Of a stretch of 64,000 nucleotides of DNA, positions 47,813-57,761 are shown in pieces. Origin of the DNA: Rhodoluna limnophila (GTDB taxonomy: Bacteria > Actinomycetota > Actinomycetes > Actinomycetales > Microbacteriaceae); contig CAMCXL010000002.1 of assembly GCA_945883505.1 (NCBI GenBank), forward strand, positions 42,254 to 106,253. Direction: 5' to 3'. The notes under the pieces are model-generated. The model saw only the letters and a program-made list of their open reading frames with translations, was not told where the DNA came from and ran no database searches. Position numbers and translations under genes: made by a program. Numbering within the stretch: position 1 is the stretch's first letter; every line of letters starts with the position of its first letter.

Positions 47813-48886
47813 TTAGTTAGGAATCTTGGCGACGTGTTCCTTACGGAAGGAGGCCAATACCCTGTCACCCGCTTCAAGACCTAGCTCTTGTCCCGGTAAC
47901 TCTTCATTTAATCTGGTGGCAAGTATTCGCAGTCCACCATCGGATTCCAACACATACAGTGTGTTTGCTCCGGTGTAGGCAACATCCGTGATGGTTGCCT
48001 TGACTCCGATTTCACCCTCAGAAACCTTAGAACTTTCCTTTAGAAGCTTGATTCGCTCAGGCCTTACATTTACCAACTGATCCGAACCAAATAATTCTTT
48101 TGCGGCAGCTCCAGATATCAAGTTGGAAACACCCAAGAAACTCGCCACAAACGAAGAGGCCGGGCTTTCATAGACCTCGCGCGGTGTTCCAATCTGTTCT
48201 ATCTTTCCGTGATTGAAAACCGCAATCCGGTCGCTCATCCGCATAGCTTCTTCTTGGTCGTGTGTCACAAAAATAAAGGTGATGCCAGCTTCTCTTTGGA
48301 TTCTCTTTAGCTCAACCTGCATCTCCTCGCGCAGCTGCTTATCCAGTGCACCGAGGGGCTCATCAAGTAGCAACACCTTTGGCCGGAGCACCAAAGCTCT
48401 CGCCAGCGCGATTCTTTGTCTTTGGCCGCCGGAGAGCTGGTGCGGCAGTCGATCTGCCAAATGCGTTAGCTTTACAGACTCGATTGCTTGGGAGGCGAGC
48501 TTCGCTCGCTCCGCCTTTGGAATTTTTCTGGCTCGAAGGCCATACTCCACGTTCAGCTGGATGGACATGTGTGGAAAAAGTGCATAGTCCTGGAAGACAG
48601 TGTTGACGTCTCGATCAAAGGGAGCAAGCTCGGTGACGTCTGAGCCCTCAAGAAAAACCTGCCCACTGGTTGCAGTTTCGAAACCCGCGATGATTCGTAG
48701 CACTGTTGTCTTACCCGATCCCGATGGACCAAGCATTGAAAAGAACTCCCCCTGAGGGATTTCTAGGTCAAGGTTAGAAACAGCGGTGATGTCGCCAAAG
48801 TTTTTGTTCAATGCCTTGAGGCTGACAGCCGATAAGGTAGCGGTCTGGGAAGGAGCTGTCGAGCTCTTCGATGAGCCTTGGTTCAA
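47813..48886 (-). CDS. ABC transporter ATP-binding protein (PotA-like)
   Basis: 357 aa. Walker A GPSGSGKTT, signature LSGGQRQRIALARAL, Walker B LLLDEP and a C-terminal TOBE-like regulatory domain. TTG start. Confidence 0.9.
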   Translation of the reverse strand: MNQGSSKSSTAPSQTATLSAVSLKALNKNFGDITAVSNLDLEIPQGEFFSMLGPSGSGKTTVLRIIAGFETATSGQVFLEGSDVTELAPFDRDVNTVFQDYALFPHMSIQLNVEYGLRARKIPKAERAKLASQAIESVKLTHLADRLPHQLSGGQRQRIALARALVLRPKVLLLDEPLGALDKQLREEMQVELKRIQREAGITFIFVTHDQEEAMRMSDRIAVFNHGKIEQIGTPREVYESPASSFVASFLGVSNLISGAAAKELFGSDQLVNVRPERIKLLKESSKVSEGEIGVKATITDVAYTGANTLYVLESDGGLRILATRLNEELPGQELGLEAGDRVLASFRKEHVAKIPN

Positions 48887-49040
48887 AATATCACCTAGTC
48901 AGTTTTTATGAATCCTCTTGCCCAGAGAACTTCCCCAAGGGCTCCTGAACATCCCCTAGCTTACTGGTTCGGCCAATTTGGGCCTTGAGGAATGGCCTTG
49001 AATTAGTTTCAGTTTTGTAAAGGTTTCAGCAGTCAAATAC

Positions 49041-50165
49041 TTAGCTGTTCCTGCCCCTAGCCGCGACCTTCCAAGACCCAACTACCTTTTGGCTCTCAAC
49101 CAGATACACCTGGTCAACTAGGTTGACCGCGTTGCAGACGTGGTTTGGGATAACCCTAACCAGGTCGCCGATCTTGGGTAGCTTGCCGCCGGATGCTTTT
49201 GCGCCCGGTCTGGCTTTTTTGGTTTTTGGAAAAACTGCAGTGGCGTGATGCTCAGACAGTGCTTCAATTCGAGCCTCTGGAAAATCCAACAGCCTGCCAT
49301 AGCCGGTTGCCCAGCCGGCTCGATCTGCTCCTAGGGTTTTACTTCCCGAATCTAGAATCATACGGTTGCCAGTCACGCTCACTACCGTTGCGACTGCCCA
49401 GAGGGCAATCTGGTTTACTGTGCAGGTTCCAAGCTCCAACTGTTGGGCGTCATTGAAAACGTATACCCCGGGCCTTAGTTCATTCACCAGTGATTTAGCT
49501 TTGACTGACTTACCTGATGACTCAGCAGAAAACCCCGCTGACGGAGTTGAACCTGAGGAAATGATTTTGGCTTCGATGCCAACTTTGGCCATGGTTGTTG
49601 CAGCTTCCTTTAGAGCCCGTTGCTCATCAGCCACCGCTTGCTTGGCTCCTTTTGGTTTGTAGCTGTGGCCTGGGAAGGTAAAGATTCCAACTGGGTTTAG
49701 ACCGAGAGTTTTGGCTCCTAGCGCCACTTCTCCAGCTTGCTTTGGATCACAACCTGATCTGTGATGTCCGCTGTCTATCTCGACCAACACCTTTACCCCG
49801 GCAAGTCCCTTAGCCAAGGCCTTTGCTCCTTGGGTTGAATCAATGGCAAGAGTTAGTTTCACTTTCCGGGAAAGCTTCACAAGCCTTTTTAGTTTGGACT
49901 CTGACACCAAAAGTGGGTAGGCAATAAAGATATCTCTTATGCCTTTTTTGGCAAACACCTCAGCTTCGCCGATGGTTGCAACCGTTATTCCAACTGCACC
50001 AGAGGCAAGCTGGAGCTTTGCAAGCTCAGGGATTTTATGGGTTTTGACGTGCGGTCGAAGATTGATTCTGGCCTTGGATGTTTTCTTGGCCATGGACTCG
50101 ATGTTTTTGGCAAGCAGTTTCTTGTCTATTGCCAAATAGGGAGTATCTGGAGAGAGCTTTCTCAT
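49041..50165 (-). CDS. alanine-racemase-fold PLP enzyme, D-serine dehydratase / D-threonine aldolase-like (DSD1 family)
   Basis: 374 aa. RPHVKTHK carries the PLP lysine, followed by a TIM-barrel N-domain and a C-terminal domain with ...ALSEHHA.... Confidence 0.72.
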   Translation of the reverse strand: MRKLSPDTPYLAIDKKLLAKNIESMAKKTSKARINLRPHVKTHKIPELAKLQLASGAVGITVATIGEAEVFAKKGIRDIFIAYPLLVSESKLKRLVKLSRKVKLTLAIDSTQGAKALAKGLAGVKVLVEIDSGHHRSGCDPKQAGEVALGAKTLGLNPVGIFTFPGHSYKPKGAKQAVADEQRALKEAATTMAKVGIEAKIISSGSTPSAGFSAESSGKSVKAKSLVNELRPGVYVFNDAQQLELGTCTVNQIALWAVATVVSVTGNRMILDSGSKTLGADRAGWATGYGRLLDFPEARIEALSEHHATAVFPKTKKARPGAKASGGKLPKIGDLVRVIPNHVCNAVNLVDQVYLVESQKVVGSWKVAARGRNS

Positions 50166-50183
50166 GGCCCAACCTAAGTGGTT

Positions 50184-50654
50184 CTAGCTTCCCCACTGAT
50201 AAGGAGGCCCGACCCAGATCAGGAACATAAACAACGACACCACAAAAACAATCAGTAGCAAGATCAAAAGTATTGGCCGAAAGATGAGCCAACGGAAAGT
50301 CTTATCAAACCAGGTGTTATCCCTTGGGTCTTTGGTTCCCTCGATTCGCCACTCACCATCCATGAGCTTATTTTTCTCAAGGTGTCGATCAAACGGATAG
50401 GTAGCAAAAGGAACTATTGCGAGCGCTACTGCCAAGATGGTCCGGCCCATAGGCCAGCGCTGATTCACAGCAACCAAGACAGCCGTAGTTGCATAACCCA
50501 TGAAGGCAAATCCGTGGGTCGCACCTGCAATAAAAAAGACATTCGAGGCAATGCCGATTGTTTCTCTTGCGATGATTGCAGCGATCAACATCGCCCAAGT
50601 GAACATCTCGATGCGGGCAAAGGTTCCGAATATGTCTTTTGGTTTAGCGTCCAT
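50184..50654 (-). CDS. DUF3817-like integral membrane protein
   Basis: 156 aa. AGATHGFAFMGYATTAVLVAVNQRWPMGRTILAVALAIVPFATYPFDRHL fits the DUF3817 pattern. There is an extra C-terminal TM helix. Confidence 0.55.
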   Translation of the reverse strand: MDAKPKDIFGTFARIEMFTWAMLIAAIIARETIGIASNVFFIAGATHGFAFMGYATTAVLVAVNQRWPMGRTILAVALAIVPFATYPFDRHLEKNKLMDGEWRIEGTKDPRDNTWFDKTFRWLIFRPILLILLLIVFVVSLFMFLIWVGPPYQWGS

Positions 50655-50750
50655 CCCTCAAGCCTATTTGTCCACCGGGGATGTGGGCTTGATTTGGCAA
50701 ACCCTAGATACAGCAAGTTGCGATTGATTCCAAGCTTTCAAGTCATTTAG

Positions 50751-50963
50751 CTAGCGGTTGAAATCACCCTCGTCATGACCACCATCACTCGTGCCACCCG
50801 ATCCATAGAAAGTGTCTGGGTAGGCGGTACCAGCTGAGTAACCTTCCGGGCCGGAGTGAAAGTCCCCCTCGTTCATTTGAGGCTTTGAGGCTTCTTTTGA
50901 TCCCGGAAGCTGCACAGGCGGCTCGAAGCTAAATACTTTTCGTAGCCAGTTGGTAAATCCCAT
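50751..50963 (-). CDS. hypothetical small protein (70 aa, Gly/Asp/Ser-rich C-terminus)
   Basis: ORF only, no recognisable motif. It is immediately preceded (2 nt) by the end of a hydrophobic reading frame (see findings). Confidence 0.35.
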   Translation of the reverse strand: MGFTNWLRKVFSFEPPVQLPGSKEASKPQMNEGDFHSGPEGYSAGTAYPDTFYGSGGTSDGGHDEGDFNR

Positions 50964-51184
50964 GTTTAGCTCCTAAGGCCCTTCTTGGCTTCGCCCCACA
51001 ACAGCCCAATAAAAAACGATGCAAAAATCAGGGTCGGGATAACAACCCAGGGCCAGATCTTGTTGAACCAGTAAATTGCTATCTCTAGTGTCTTCATGCT
51101 CAAAAGCTAGGCCCAGCAACTGACATTCCTGAGCCTCCAGGCAGGCGGTTTTTGGGGTCTATTTTCCCCTTTAGATTAGGTGTC

Positions 51185-52285
51185 ATGAAATCCATTCCAC
51201 TTCGAGATAAGCATGAGGCCTTAGGCGCTAGCTTCACAGACTTCGGTGGTTGGGAAATGCCGGTGCGGTATAGCTCAGACCTTGCCGAACACCACGCCGT
51301 AAGGGAATCAGCCGGCCTATTCGACATCTCTCACATGGGTGAGATCTTTATCGAGGGCAAAGATGCTGCTTCCTATCTGGACTTTGCTCTGGTTGGCGCA
51401 GCCTCTGAGATTGCAATTGGGCGGGCCAAGTACTCGCTGATCTGTAATCAAGCAGGTGGCATCATTGATGACTTGATCGTTTACCGCTTGGGACAAAACG
51501 CCTTCCTGGTGGTGGCCAATGCCTCGAACCGAGAAGCCGTGGTTTCGGCAATGGAAGAACGTGCCAAGGGCCTAGAGGTCGAGGTAAGAGATGAAAGCGA
51601 TCTTTGGGTGCTGCTTGCGATTCAAGGACCTAAGTCAGTTTCGATACTTTCTGAAATAACGGATTCTTTACTGGAAGATTTAAAGTACTACGCAATTTCA
51701 GAAGCTGAGCTTGCAGGCGTTCCATGCCTATTGGCTAGAACCGGATACACCGGCGAAGATGGCTTCGAGATCTACATCCCGGTGGAATCCGGCGCTTCAG
51801 TAATGGACGCTATCTTTGCCGCCGGTAAAGATAAAGGTCTTCTGCCCACTGGCCTTGCCTGTCGAGACACTCTAAGGCTTGAAGCCGGAATGCCGCTTTA
51901 CGGTCACGAGATGAACCTTGAGATCAATCCCTTTCAGGCTGGCTTTGGCAAAGTGGTCAGGCTTGATAAGCAAGGAGACTTTGTTGGTAAAGCCGCCCTT
52001 GCCAAACTGTCTCAAGTTGCACCAGAAAAGGTGTTGGTTGGTTTGGAGGGTTCGGGTAAGCGAGCAGCCCGTGCCGACTATGAAGTTTTTGTTGAAGGTT
52101 CAACTAAGCCAGTTGGCGTGATTACCTCGGGAGCACTATCTCCAACCCTTGGCTTTCCAATCGCGATGGCTTATGTCTCCGCCGATTTTGCCGAACTCGA
52201 CACGCCTATTAGCGTGGACATCAGGGGAACACAAACAGCGTTTAGGGTAGTGAAACTACCTTTTTATAAAAGAGCCAAAAACTAG
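51185..52285 (+). CDS. gcvT: glycine cleavage system aminomethyltransferase T
   Basis: Start taken at [29 protein letters not shown]. Also [21 protein letters not shown] and [16 protein letters not shown]. The track start at 51152 adds 11 unlikely residues. Confidence 0.93.
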   Translation: MKSIPLRDKHEALGASFTDFGGWEMPVRYSSDLAEHHAVRESAGLFDISHMGEIFIEGKDAASYLDFALVGAASEIAIGRAKYSLICNQAGGIIDDLIVYRLGQNAFLVVANASNREAVVSAMEERAKGLEVEVRDESDLWVLLAIQGPKSVSILSEITDSLLEDLKYYAISEAELAGVPCLLARTGYTGEDGFEIYIPVESGASVMDAIFAAGKDKGLLPTGLACRDTLRLEAGMPLYGHEMNLEINPFQAGFGKVVRLDKQGDFVGKAALAKLSQVAPEKVLVGLEGSGKRAARADYEVFVEGSTKPVGVITSGALSPTLGFPIAMAYVSADFAELDTPISVDIRGTQTAFRVVKLPFYKRAKN

Positions 52286-52310
52286 CCCAATCCCAAAGGA
52301 ACCAGCAAAA

Positions 52311-52685
52311 ATGATCAACCGCGAAGGTCTGAAATACACCAAGGAGCACGAGTGGCTTTCAATCGATGGCGATGTCGCCACCGTTGGAATCACCGAATAC
52401 GCCGCTGAGAAGCTCGGTGACATCGTGTTTGTCGACCTTCCCAAGGTTGGCTCCTCTACTACTTATATGAAGATCTGCGGTGAGATCGAATCCACCAAGA
52501 GTGTTGGCGAACTCTACGCTCCGGTTGATGGTGAAATCGTTGAGGTCAACGAGGTGGTTTCTGGAAACCCAGAGCTTGTAAACCACGATCCGTTTGGTGC
52601 TGGTTGGCTTATCAAGATTCGCTTCACCGAGCTTCCAGAATTACTGACCCATGAGCAATACGCCGCACTAACCGGAGAGGGCTAA
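52311..52685 (+). CDS. gcvH: glycine cleavage system H protein
   Basis: 124 aa. YTKEHEWL and the lipoyl-lysine motif EIESTKSV. Confidence 0.95.
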   Translation: MINREGLKYTKEHEWLSIDGDVATVGITEYAAEKLGDIVFVDLPKVGSSTTYMKICGEIESTKSVGELYAPVDGEIVEVNEVVSGNPELVNHDPFGAGWLIKIRFTELPELLTHEQYAALTGEG

Positions 52686-52692
52686 GTCAAAA

Positions 52693-55536
52693 TTGCTTCC
52701 TGAGCACAAAGACTTCAAATACCGTCACATTGGCCCTACCGCTGAAGAACAAACGGCCATGCTCAAGGAGCTTGGCTACTCATCTTTGGATGAGCTCATG
52801 GCAACCGCTCTGCCAAAGGCCATTCAATTTAAGGGTGATGGAAAACTTCCAGACCCGCTATCTGAGCCAGACACTCTTAAAGCTCTTCGCGCTCACGCCC
52901 GAAACAACAGGATTACAACCTCCCTGATCGGTCAGGGCTACTACGGAACATTCACCCCTGGAGTGATAAAGCGAAACGTGCTTGAGAATCCATCCTGGTA
53001 TACCGCGTATACGCCCTACCAGCCGGAGATTTCTCAAGGACGCCTAGAGGCTCTGATTAACTTCCAGACCATGGTCAATGACCTAACCGGAATGAAAACT
53101 GCCAACGCATCGATGCTCGATGAATCAACCGCTGCCGCCGAAGCGATGTTGCTATCGCGCAGATCTTCAAATAATGAGATGGACATTTTCTACGTTGACT
53201 CCGACACCATGCCGCAGACCAAAGCTCTACTTGAACACAGAGCGGAGCCGGTTGGAATCAAAATTGCTTACTTCGATGCCTCAAAGGGTGCAGCTGAACT
53301 ATCGGGAAATTACTTTGGCGTTATGGTTCAGTACCCGGGAGCCTCCGGAAGACTCACCCAGCTGAAACCAATCTTTGACGCAGCTCACTCGGTTGGCGCG
53401 ATGGCGGTTGCGGTTGCTGACCTGTTGGCGCTTTGTCTAATCGAGGCACCAGGTAAATCAGGTGCCGACATGGTGGTTGGAACCACCCAGCGCTTTGGAG
53501 TTCCGATGGGCTTTGGAGGTCCTCACGCTGGCTACCTAGCCGTTCGTGAAGATCTAGAAAGATCTATGCCTGGAAGATTAGTTGGAGTGTCGCTCGATGC
53601 CGACGGTGCTCCGGCTTACCGATTGACTCTTCAAACTAGAGAACAGCACATCAGGCGTGAGCGCGCAACATCGAATATCTGCACCGCGCAGGTTCTTTTG
53701 GCCGTAATGGCCGGAATGTTTGCGGTCTACCACGGACCCGAGGGCTTGCGCTCAATAGCTCTTGAGGTTCACCTAAAAGCTCACGCACTGGCCGATGCCC
53801 TAAGGGCAGCAGGCCTTACGATTTCCGAAACTGACTTCTTTGATACCTTCCAGGTGACGGGAATCGACGCCAAAGCAATTTTTGCCAAAGGTAGGCAGCA
53901 CGATCTAACAATGTTGGTAGTTGACGAATCAACGATTGGAATTTCCATCGATGAGACCATCAGCCCAGAAATTCTTGACCAGATTGCAGCCGTCTTTGGT
54001 GCCAAGAAAGTCTCCTACGGATTTAGGCCTTCTGGAAAGCTAAGGGTCGCGGGGCTGGACCGAAAGTCAGAGTATTTGACCCACGAGGTCTTTAACTCTC
54101 ACCACTCCGAAACTGCAATGCTTCGATACTTGAAGCGGCTATCCGACTTTGACTACGCACTGGACCGCGGCATGATCCCACTTGGCTCTTGCACCATGAA
54201 GCTGAACTCAACTACCGAGATGGAAGCTGTAACCTGGCCGGAATTTTCTAACCTGCACCCCTTCTCACCAAGAGAAGACATCGAGGGTTACCTATCGTTG
54301 ATTTCCGAACTCGAGGGCTGGCTCTGTGACGTAACCGGCTATGACGCCATTTCTCTTCAGCCGAATGCCGGCAGCCAGGGCGAGCTTGCGGGTCTAATGG
54401 CCATTCGCGGCTATCACCTGTCGCGCGGTGATACTCAGCGTGAGGTTTGCCTGATTCCTTCCTCTGCTCACGGAACCAACGCAGCCTCTGCTGTTCTTGC
54501 CGGCATGAAGGTAGTTGTCATTGCCTGCGACGAACTTGGAAACGTTGACCTTGAGGATATCAAGGCCAAAATTAGCGAGGCCGGTGACAGGCTGTCAGCA
54601 CTGATGGTGACCTACCCGTCCACCCACGGGGTTTACGAAGAAGCTATCGCCGATATCTGTGAAATGGTTCACCAGGCGGGTGGTCAGGTTTATATCGACG
54701 GTGCCAACACCAACGCAGTTGTTGGCTACGCAAAGTTTGGTCTCTTGGGCGGAGATGTGTCTCACCTAAACCTTCACAAGACTTTCTGCATACCTCACGG
54801 TGGTGGCGGACCTGGAGTTGGTCCGGTTGGAGCAAGAGCTCACCTTGCACCTTTCTTACCCGGCCACTCACTAGCTCAGATTGAATTACCGAACTTTGGA
54901 CCAATCTCGGGGGCTCCTTTTGGATCTGCTTCGATCCTTCCTATTTCTTGGGCATACATTCGCATGATGGGAAACCAAAGCCTTAGGGATGCAACCGCGG
55001 TTGCGGTTTTGTCCGCGAACTACATTGCCAAAAGGCTTGCCGATCACTTCCCGCTTTTGTATACCGGCAACGATGGTCTAATTGCGCACGAGTGCATCAT
55101 CGACATTAGAGGCATGACCAAAGACACCGGAGTCTCGGTTGATGACATCGCCAAGCGTTTGATTGACTACGGATTCCATGCTCCAACTATGAGCTTCCCG
55201 GTTTCTGGAACACTTATGATTGAGCCAACCGAGTCTGAACCGAAGGGCGAAATAGACCGTTTTATCTCGGCAATGATTGCCATCAAGGGCGAGATCAACC
55301 AACTTGGACAAGGTGAATGGACCGCCGAAGATAATCCGCTTCGCCAAGCTCCACACACCGCAAGAATCTTGGCCGAGGACTGGGACCACCCGTACTCGAG
55401 AAAGCTAGCTGTTTTCCCGGTCGCCGGGCAACACCAGGGAAAGTTCTGGCCAAAGGTTAGGCGAGTGGACTCGGTGCACGGCGATCGGAACTTGATTTGT
55501 TCTTGCCCACCAATTGAGGCTTTTGCTGGAGCTTAG
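52693..55536 (+). CDS. gcvP: glycine dehydrogenase (decarboxylating), single-chain P protein
   Basis: 947 aa. [20 protein letters not shown] and [16 protein letters not shown] (PLP lysine region). TTG start. Confidence 0.95.
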   Translation: MLPEHKDFKYRHIGPTAEEQTAMLKELGYSSLDELMATALPKAIQFKGDGKLPDPLSEPDTLKALRAHARNNRITTSLIGQGYYGTFTPGVIKRNVLENPSWYTAYTPYQPEISQGRLEALINFQTMVNDLTGMKTANASMLDESTAAAEAMLLSRRSSNNEMDIFYVDSDTMPQTKALLEHRAEPVGIKIAYFDASKGAAELSGNYFGVMVQYPGASGRLTQLKPIFDAAHSVGAMAVAVADLLALCLIEAPGKSGADMVVGTTQRFGVPMGFGGPHAGYLAVREDLERSMPGRLVGVSLDADGAPAYRLTLQTREQHIRRERATSNICTAQVLLAVMAGMFAVYHGPEGLRSIALEVHLKAHALADALRAAGLTISETDFFDTFQVTGIDAKAIFAKGRQHDLTMLVVDESTIGISIDETISPEILDQIAAVFGAKKVSYGFRPSGKLRVAGLDRKSEYLTHEVFNSHHSETAMLRYLKRLSDFDYALDRGMIPLGSCTMKLNSTTEMEAVTWPEFSNLHPFSPREDIEGYLSLISELEGWLCDVTGYDAISLQPNAGSQGELAGLMAIRGYHLSRGDTQREVCLIPSSAHGTNAASAVLAGMKVVVIACDELGNVDLEDIKAKISEAGDRLSALMVTYPSTHGVYEEAIADICEMVHQAGGQVYIDGANTNAVVGYAKFGLLGGDVSHLNLHKTFCIPHGGGGPGVGPVGARAHLAPFLPGHSLAQIELPNFGPISGAPFGSASILPISWAYIRMMGNQSLRDATAVAVLSANYIAKRLADHFPLLYTGNDGLIAHECIIDIRGMTKDTGVSVDDIAKRLIDYGFHAPTMSFPVSGTLMIEPTESEPKGEIDRFISAMIAIKGEINQLGQGEWTAEDNPLRQAPHTARILAEDWDHPYSRKLAVFPVAGQHQGKFWPKVRRVDSVHGDRNLICSCPPIEAFAGA

Positions 55537-56582
55537 CTAACTAGCTGCTGCGCCAAAAGTTCTTTCACCCTTGGAACAACCCGGCTTCCAAGAAGCTCAA
55601 TCGATTTCATGAGCTTGGAGTGCGGCATTGGTCCGGTGGAATACTTTAGGTCAAATCTTTGAGCGCCGACCGCGCTAATGGCGTAAGCCATCTTCTTAGC
55701 AACGGTCTCGGGCGAGCCAACATACAAGCTACCGTTATGAACTTCATCCAGGTAGTGTGCCTTGGTCATCGGTCCCCAACCTCGTTCTTGACCGATGCGA
55801 CCAAAGCTTGCCTGGTAGCTTGGCCAAAGTTCTTCGATGGCTTGCTCGTCAGTTTCTGCGATGTGACCGGGTGAGTGAATTGAGATCGGACGAAGTTCGT
55901 GACCAAATTTTTGCATCGAGTCCCGATATAACTTTGCAAAAGGAGCAAACCTAGCCGGGTCTCCCCCGATGATTGCAAGAGCTAGCGCGGCATCGAGTCT
56001 GGCGGCACGAATTACGCTATCCGGTGAGCCGCCAACTCCGACCCGAAGTGGAATGCGGCCCCCTTCGGTTTTTGGATAAACCTGCTGGTTATTCAGCGGG
56101 GCTCTAACGGTTCCCGACCAGGTAACTGGCCTTTCCTTCAACAGCTCAACCAGAAGTTCCAGTTTCTGCTCAAACAGATCGCCGTAGTCAGCAAGCTCTA
56201 GGCCAAACAGCGGGAAAGATTCGATGAAGGATCCGCGTCCCGCTGTTATTTCGGCGCGGCCATTGGAGAGTGCATCAACGGTTGCAAAAGCTTGGTAAAC
56301 CCGAACCGGATCCTCCGAAGACAAAACGGTGACTCCGGATCCAAGCTTGATACGACTTGTTTGGGTGGCGATTCCTGCAAGAACGGTGTCCGGAGAGGTG
56401 ATTGCAAAGTCATCCCGGTGGTGCTCGCCAACGTCAAAACTGTCAAGCCCAACCGCCTCGGCCTGAATCGCCTCGGCAACCACGTTTCTAAGCACCTGGC
56501 CAGCGGTTTCGGGTGTGCCGTCATCCTTTAGGGTCATATCCCCAAAGGTGTCTAGGCCAAACTTGATATCCAATGAATACAC
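55533..56582 (-). CDS. LLM-class (luciferase-like) flavin-dependent oxidoreductase
   Basis: 349 aa. The FGLDTFGD...[11 protein letters not shown]...[41 protein letters not shown] pattern. Convergent 4-nt overlap with gcvP. Confidence 0.8.
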   Translation of the reverse strand: MYSLDIKFGLDTFGDMTLKDDGTPETAGQVLRNVVAEAIQAEAVGLDSFDVGEHHRDDFAITSPDTVLAGIATQTSRIKLGSGVTVLSSEDPVRVYQAFATVDALSNGRAEITAGRGSFIESFPLFGLELADYGDLFEQKLELLVELLKERPVTWSGTVRAPLNNQQVYPKTEGGRIPLRVGVGGSPDSVIRAARLDAALALAIIGGDPARFAPFAKLYRDSMQKFGHELRPISIHSPGHIAETDEQAIEELWPSYQASFGRIGQERGWGPMTKAHYLDEVHNGSLYVGSPETVAKKMAYAISAVGAQRFDLKYSTGPMPHSKLMKSIELLGSRVVPRVKELLAQQLVS

Positions 56583-56641
56583 TCTCTCTAATAACTAATG
56601 ATCTGTATCGATAACACAAACCAATGGTGTTTTCTTCCCCG

Positions 56642-57631
56642 CTACCTTGTAAGGATTCCCCACACCACACGAATGGCCTTCATGGTGTCTCCCGGAGTTT
56701 CCTCCTGAGCTAGGTGACCAGATTGTGGGATCACAAATAGCACCGAGTTTTGAATCATGGTGGCGAGCACCTCGGTGTCTTTGGTTGCAACCACAGTGTC
56801 ACTATCACCGGTGATTAATAGAGTTGGGATGGTGATCTCATCAAGTCGATCCTTGATATCAAATTCCCTTGGAGCTCGATTGAATTCCCAGAAGCCTTCT
56901 TCCCAGCCGCTAACACTGAGTGGTTCACGGTAGCCGGCCTTTACCTCTTCGGTTATAAGGTCCTTGTTATACCAAGACTCGTTCAAAAGATCCATACCGC
57001 TTGAAGCAATAGATGAAACTAGCAGCGGACCCAGGTGATCAAGTTGCGGAATGCTGTAGATCCAGTTCAACCAGGAAGGTGACCCACCGGTAGACAAAAT
57101 GGCCGGTGAGATAAGAATCAATCCCTTGACGGCGTCTTTGTTATCTACTGCGTACTGCGCAGCGAGTGTTCCACCGGCCGAGTGCCCAACTAAAATCACA
57201 TCCCTGCCGCTCGCGAAGGTTTCGATTAGCTCATCAAGGATTAGGTCTTGACCGATTGAACCGTAGGGGTTCTCACCATCCCAAGAAGTTGGTCTCTCGG
57301 TTAGACCAAATCCCGGGCGGTCATAGGCGATAACGTCGCCAAGCTCAGATAGTGGCTGGGTCAGCTCTCGGAAAGAAAAGGTATTGGCTCCAAAGCCATG
57401 CATCAGGAAAATAACCGGTGGATTTGAGCAGTCTTTATCTTCTTTGCAGGCAAAATCAGTTTTCTCGTAGAAGATCTCTATGCCCTGGGCGGTAGCGAAG
57501 GTTGCCGCTTCGCCAGCTACTTGCTTATAGGTTCTGGTTCCGCTGGTTTCAACTGGAATAAGGAAAGGCACGATAAGAAGTAGGGCTAGCACTACAAGCC
57601 CTACCCGGGTCAGGATTTTGGAAATCTTCAC
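56642..57631 (-). CDS. membrane-anchored alpha/beta hydrolase
   Basis: 329 aa. N-terminal TM helix, HGFGAN oxyanion region, nucleophile elbow GHSAGG, late GDSD and SGHLAQEE. Confidence 0.75.
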   Translation of the reverse strand: MKISKILTRVGLVVLALLLIVPFLIPVETSGTRTYKQVAGEAATFATAQGIEIFYEKTDFACKEDKDCSNPPVIFLMHGFGANTFSFRELTQPLSELGDVIAYDRPGFGLTERPTSWDGENPYGSIGQDLILDELIETFASGRDVILVGHSAGGTLAAQYAVDNKDAVKGLILISPAILSTGGSPSWLNWIYSIPQLDHLGPLLVSSIASSGMDLLNESWYNKDLITEEVKAGYREPLSVSGWEEGFWEFNRAPREFDIKDRLDEITIPTLLITGDSDTVVATKDTEVLATMIQNSVLFVIPQSGHLAQEETPGDTMKAIRVVWGILTR

Positions 57632-57761
57632 TCCCCTAGCCTAAATGCCGATTGAGGCTGGGAACTAGCTGGGAGAATCTGGCGATAGCCTTATCTACTG
57701 GGGTTGATAGTGCTTTAGTTAGACGTTGACCTAAAAACTCAAAAAACTTAGGGGATTTTCC

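Noticed and set aside
50973-51098. The 41-aa frame-A ORF (MKTLEIAIYWFNKDLALGCYPDPDFCIVFYWAVVGRSQEGP) taken as a stand-alone gene
   Set aside because: After the first 13 residues the composition stops looking like a real membrane or soluble peptide, while the +1 frame is a textbook TM helix. It is treated as a frameshifted ORF in the findings rather than annotated as a CDS.
50964-51184. Glycine riboswitch upstream of gcvT-gcvH-gcvP
   Set aside because: I looked for the conserved GGAGAG...CACCG...AAGGGGCAA-type cores on the plus strand and found none. The spacer is instead occupied by minus-strand small-ORF sequence. A covariance-model scan would be needed to exclude a divergent example.
51100-51327. 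75-aa minus-strand ORF overlapping the gcvT start
   Set aside because: It is antisense to the conserved gcvT N-terminus and has no motif or ribosome-binding site.
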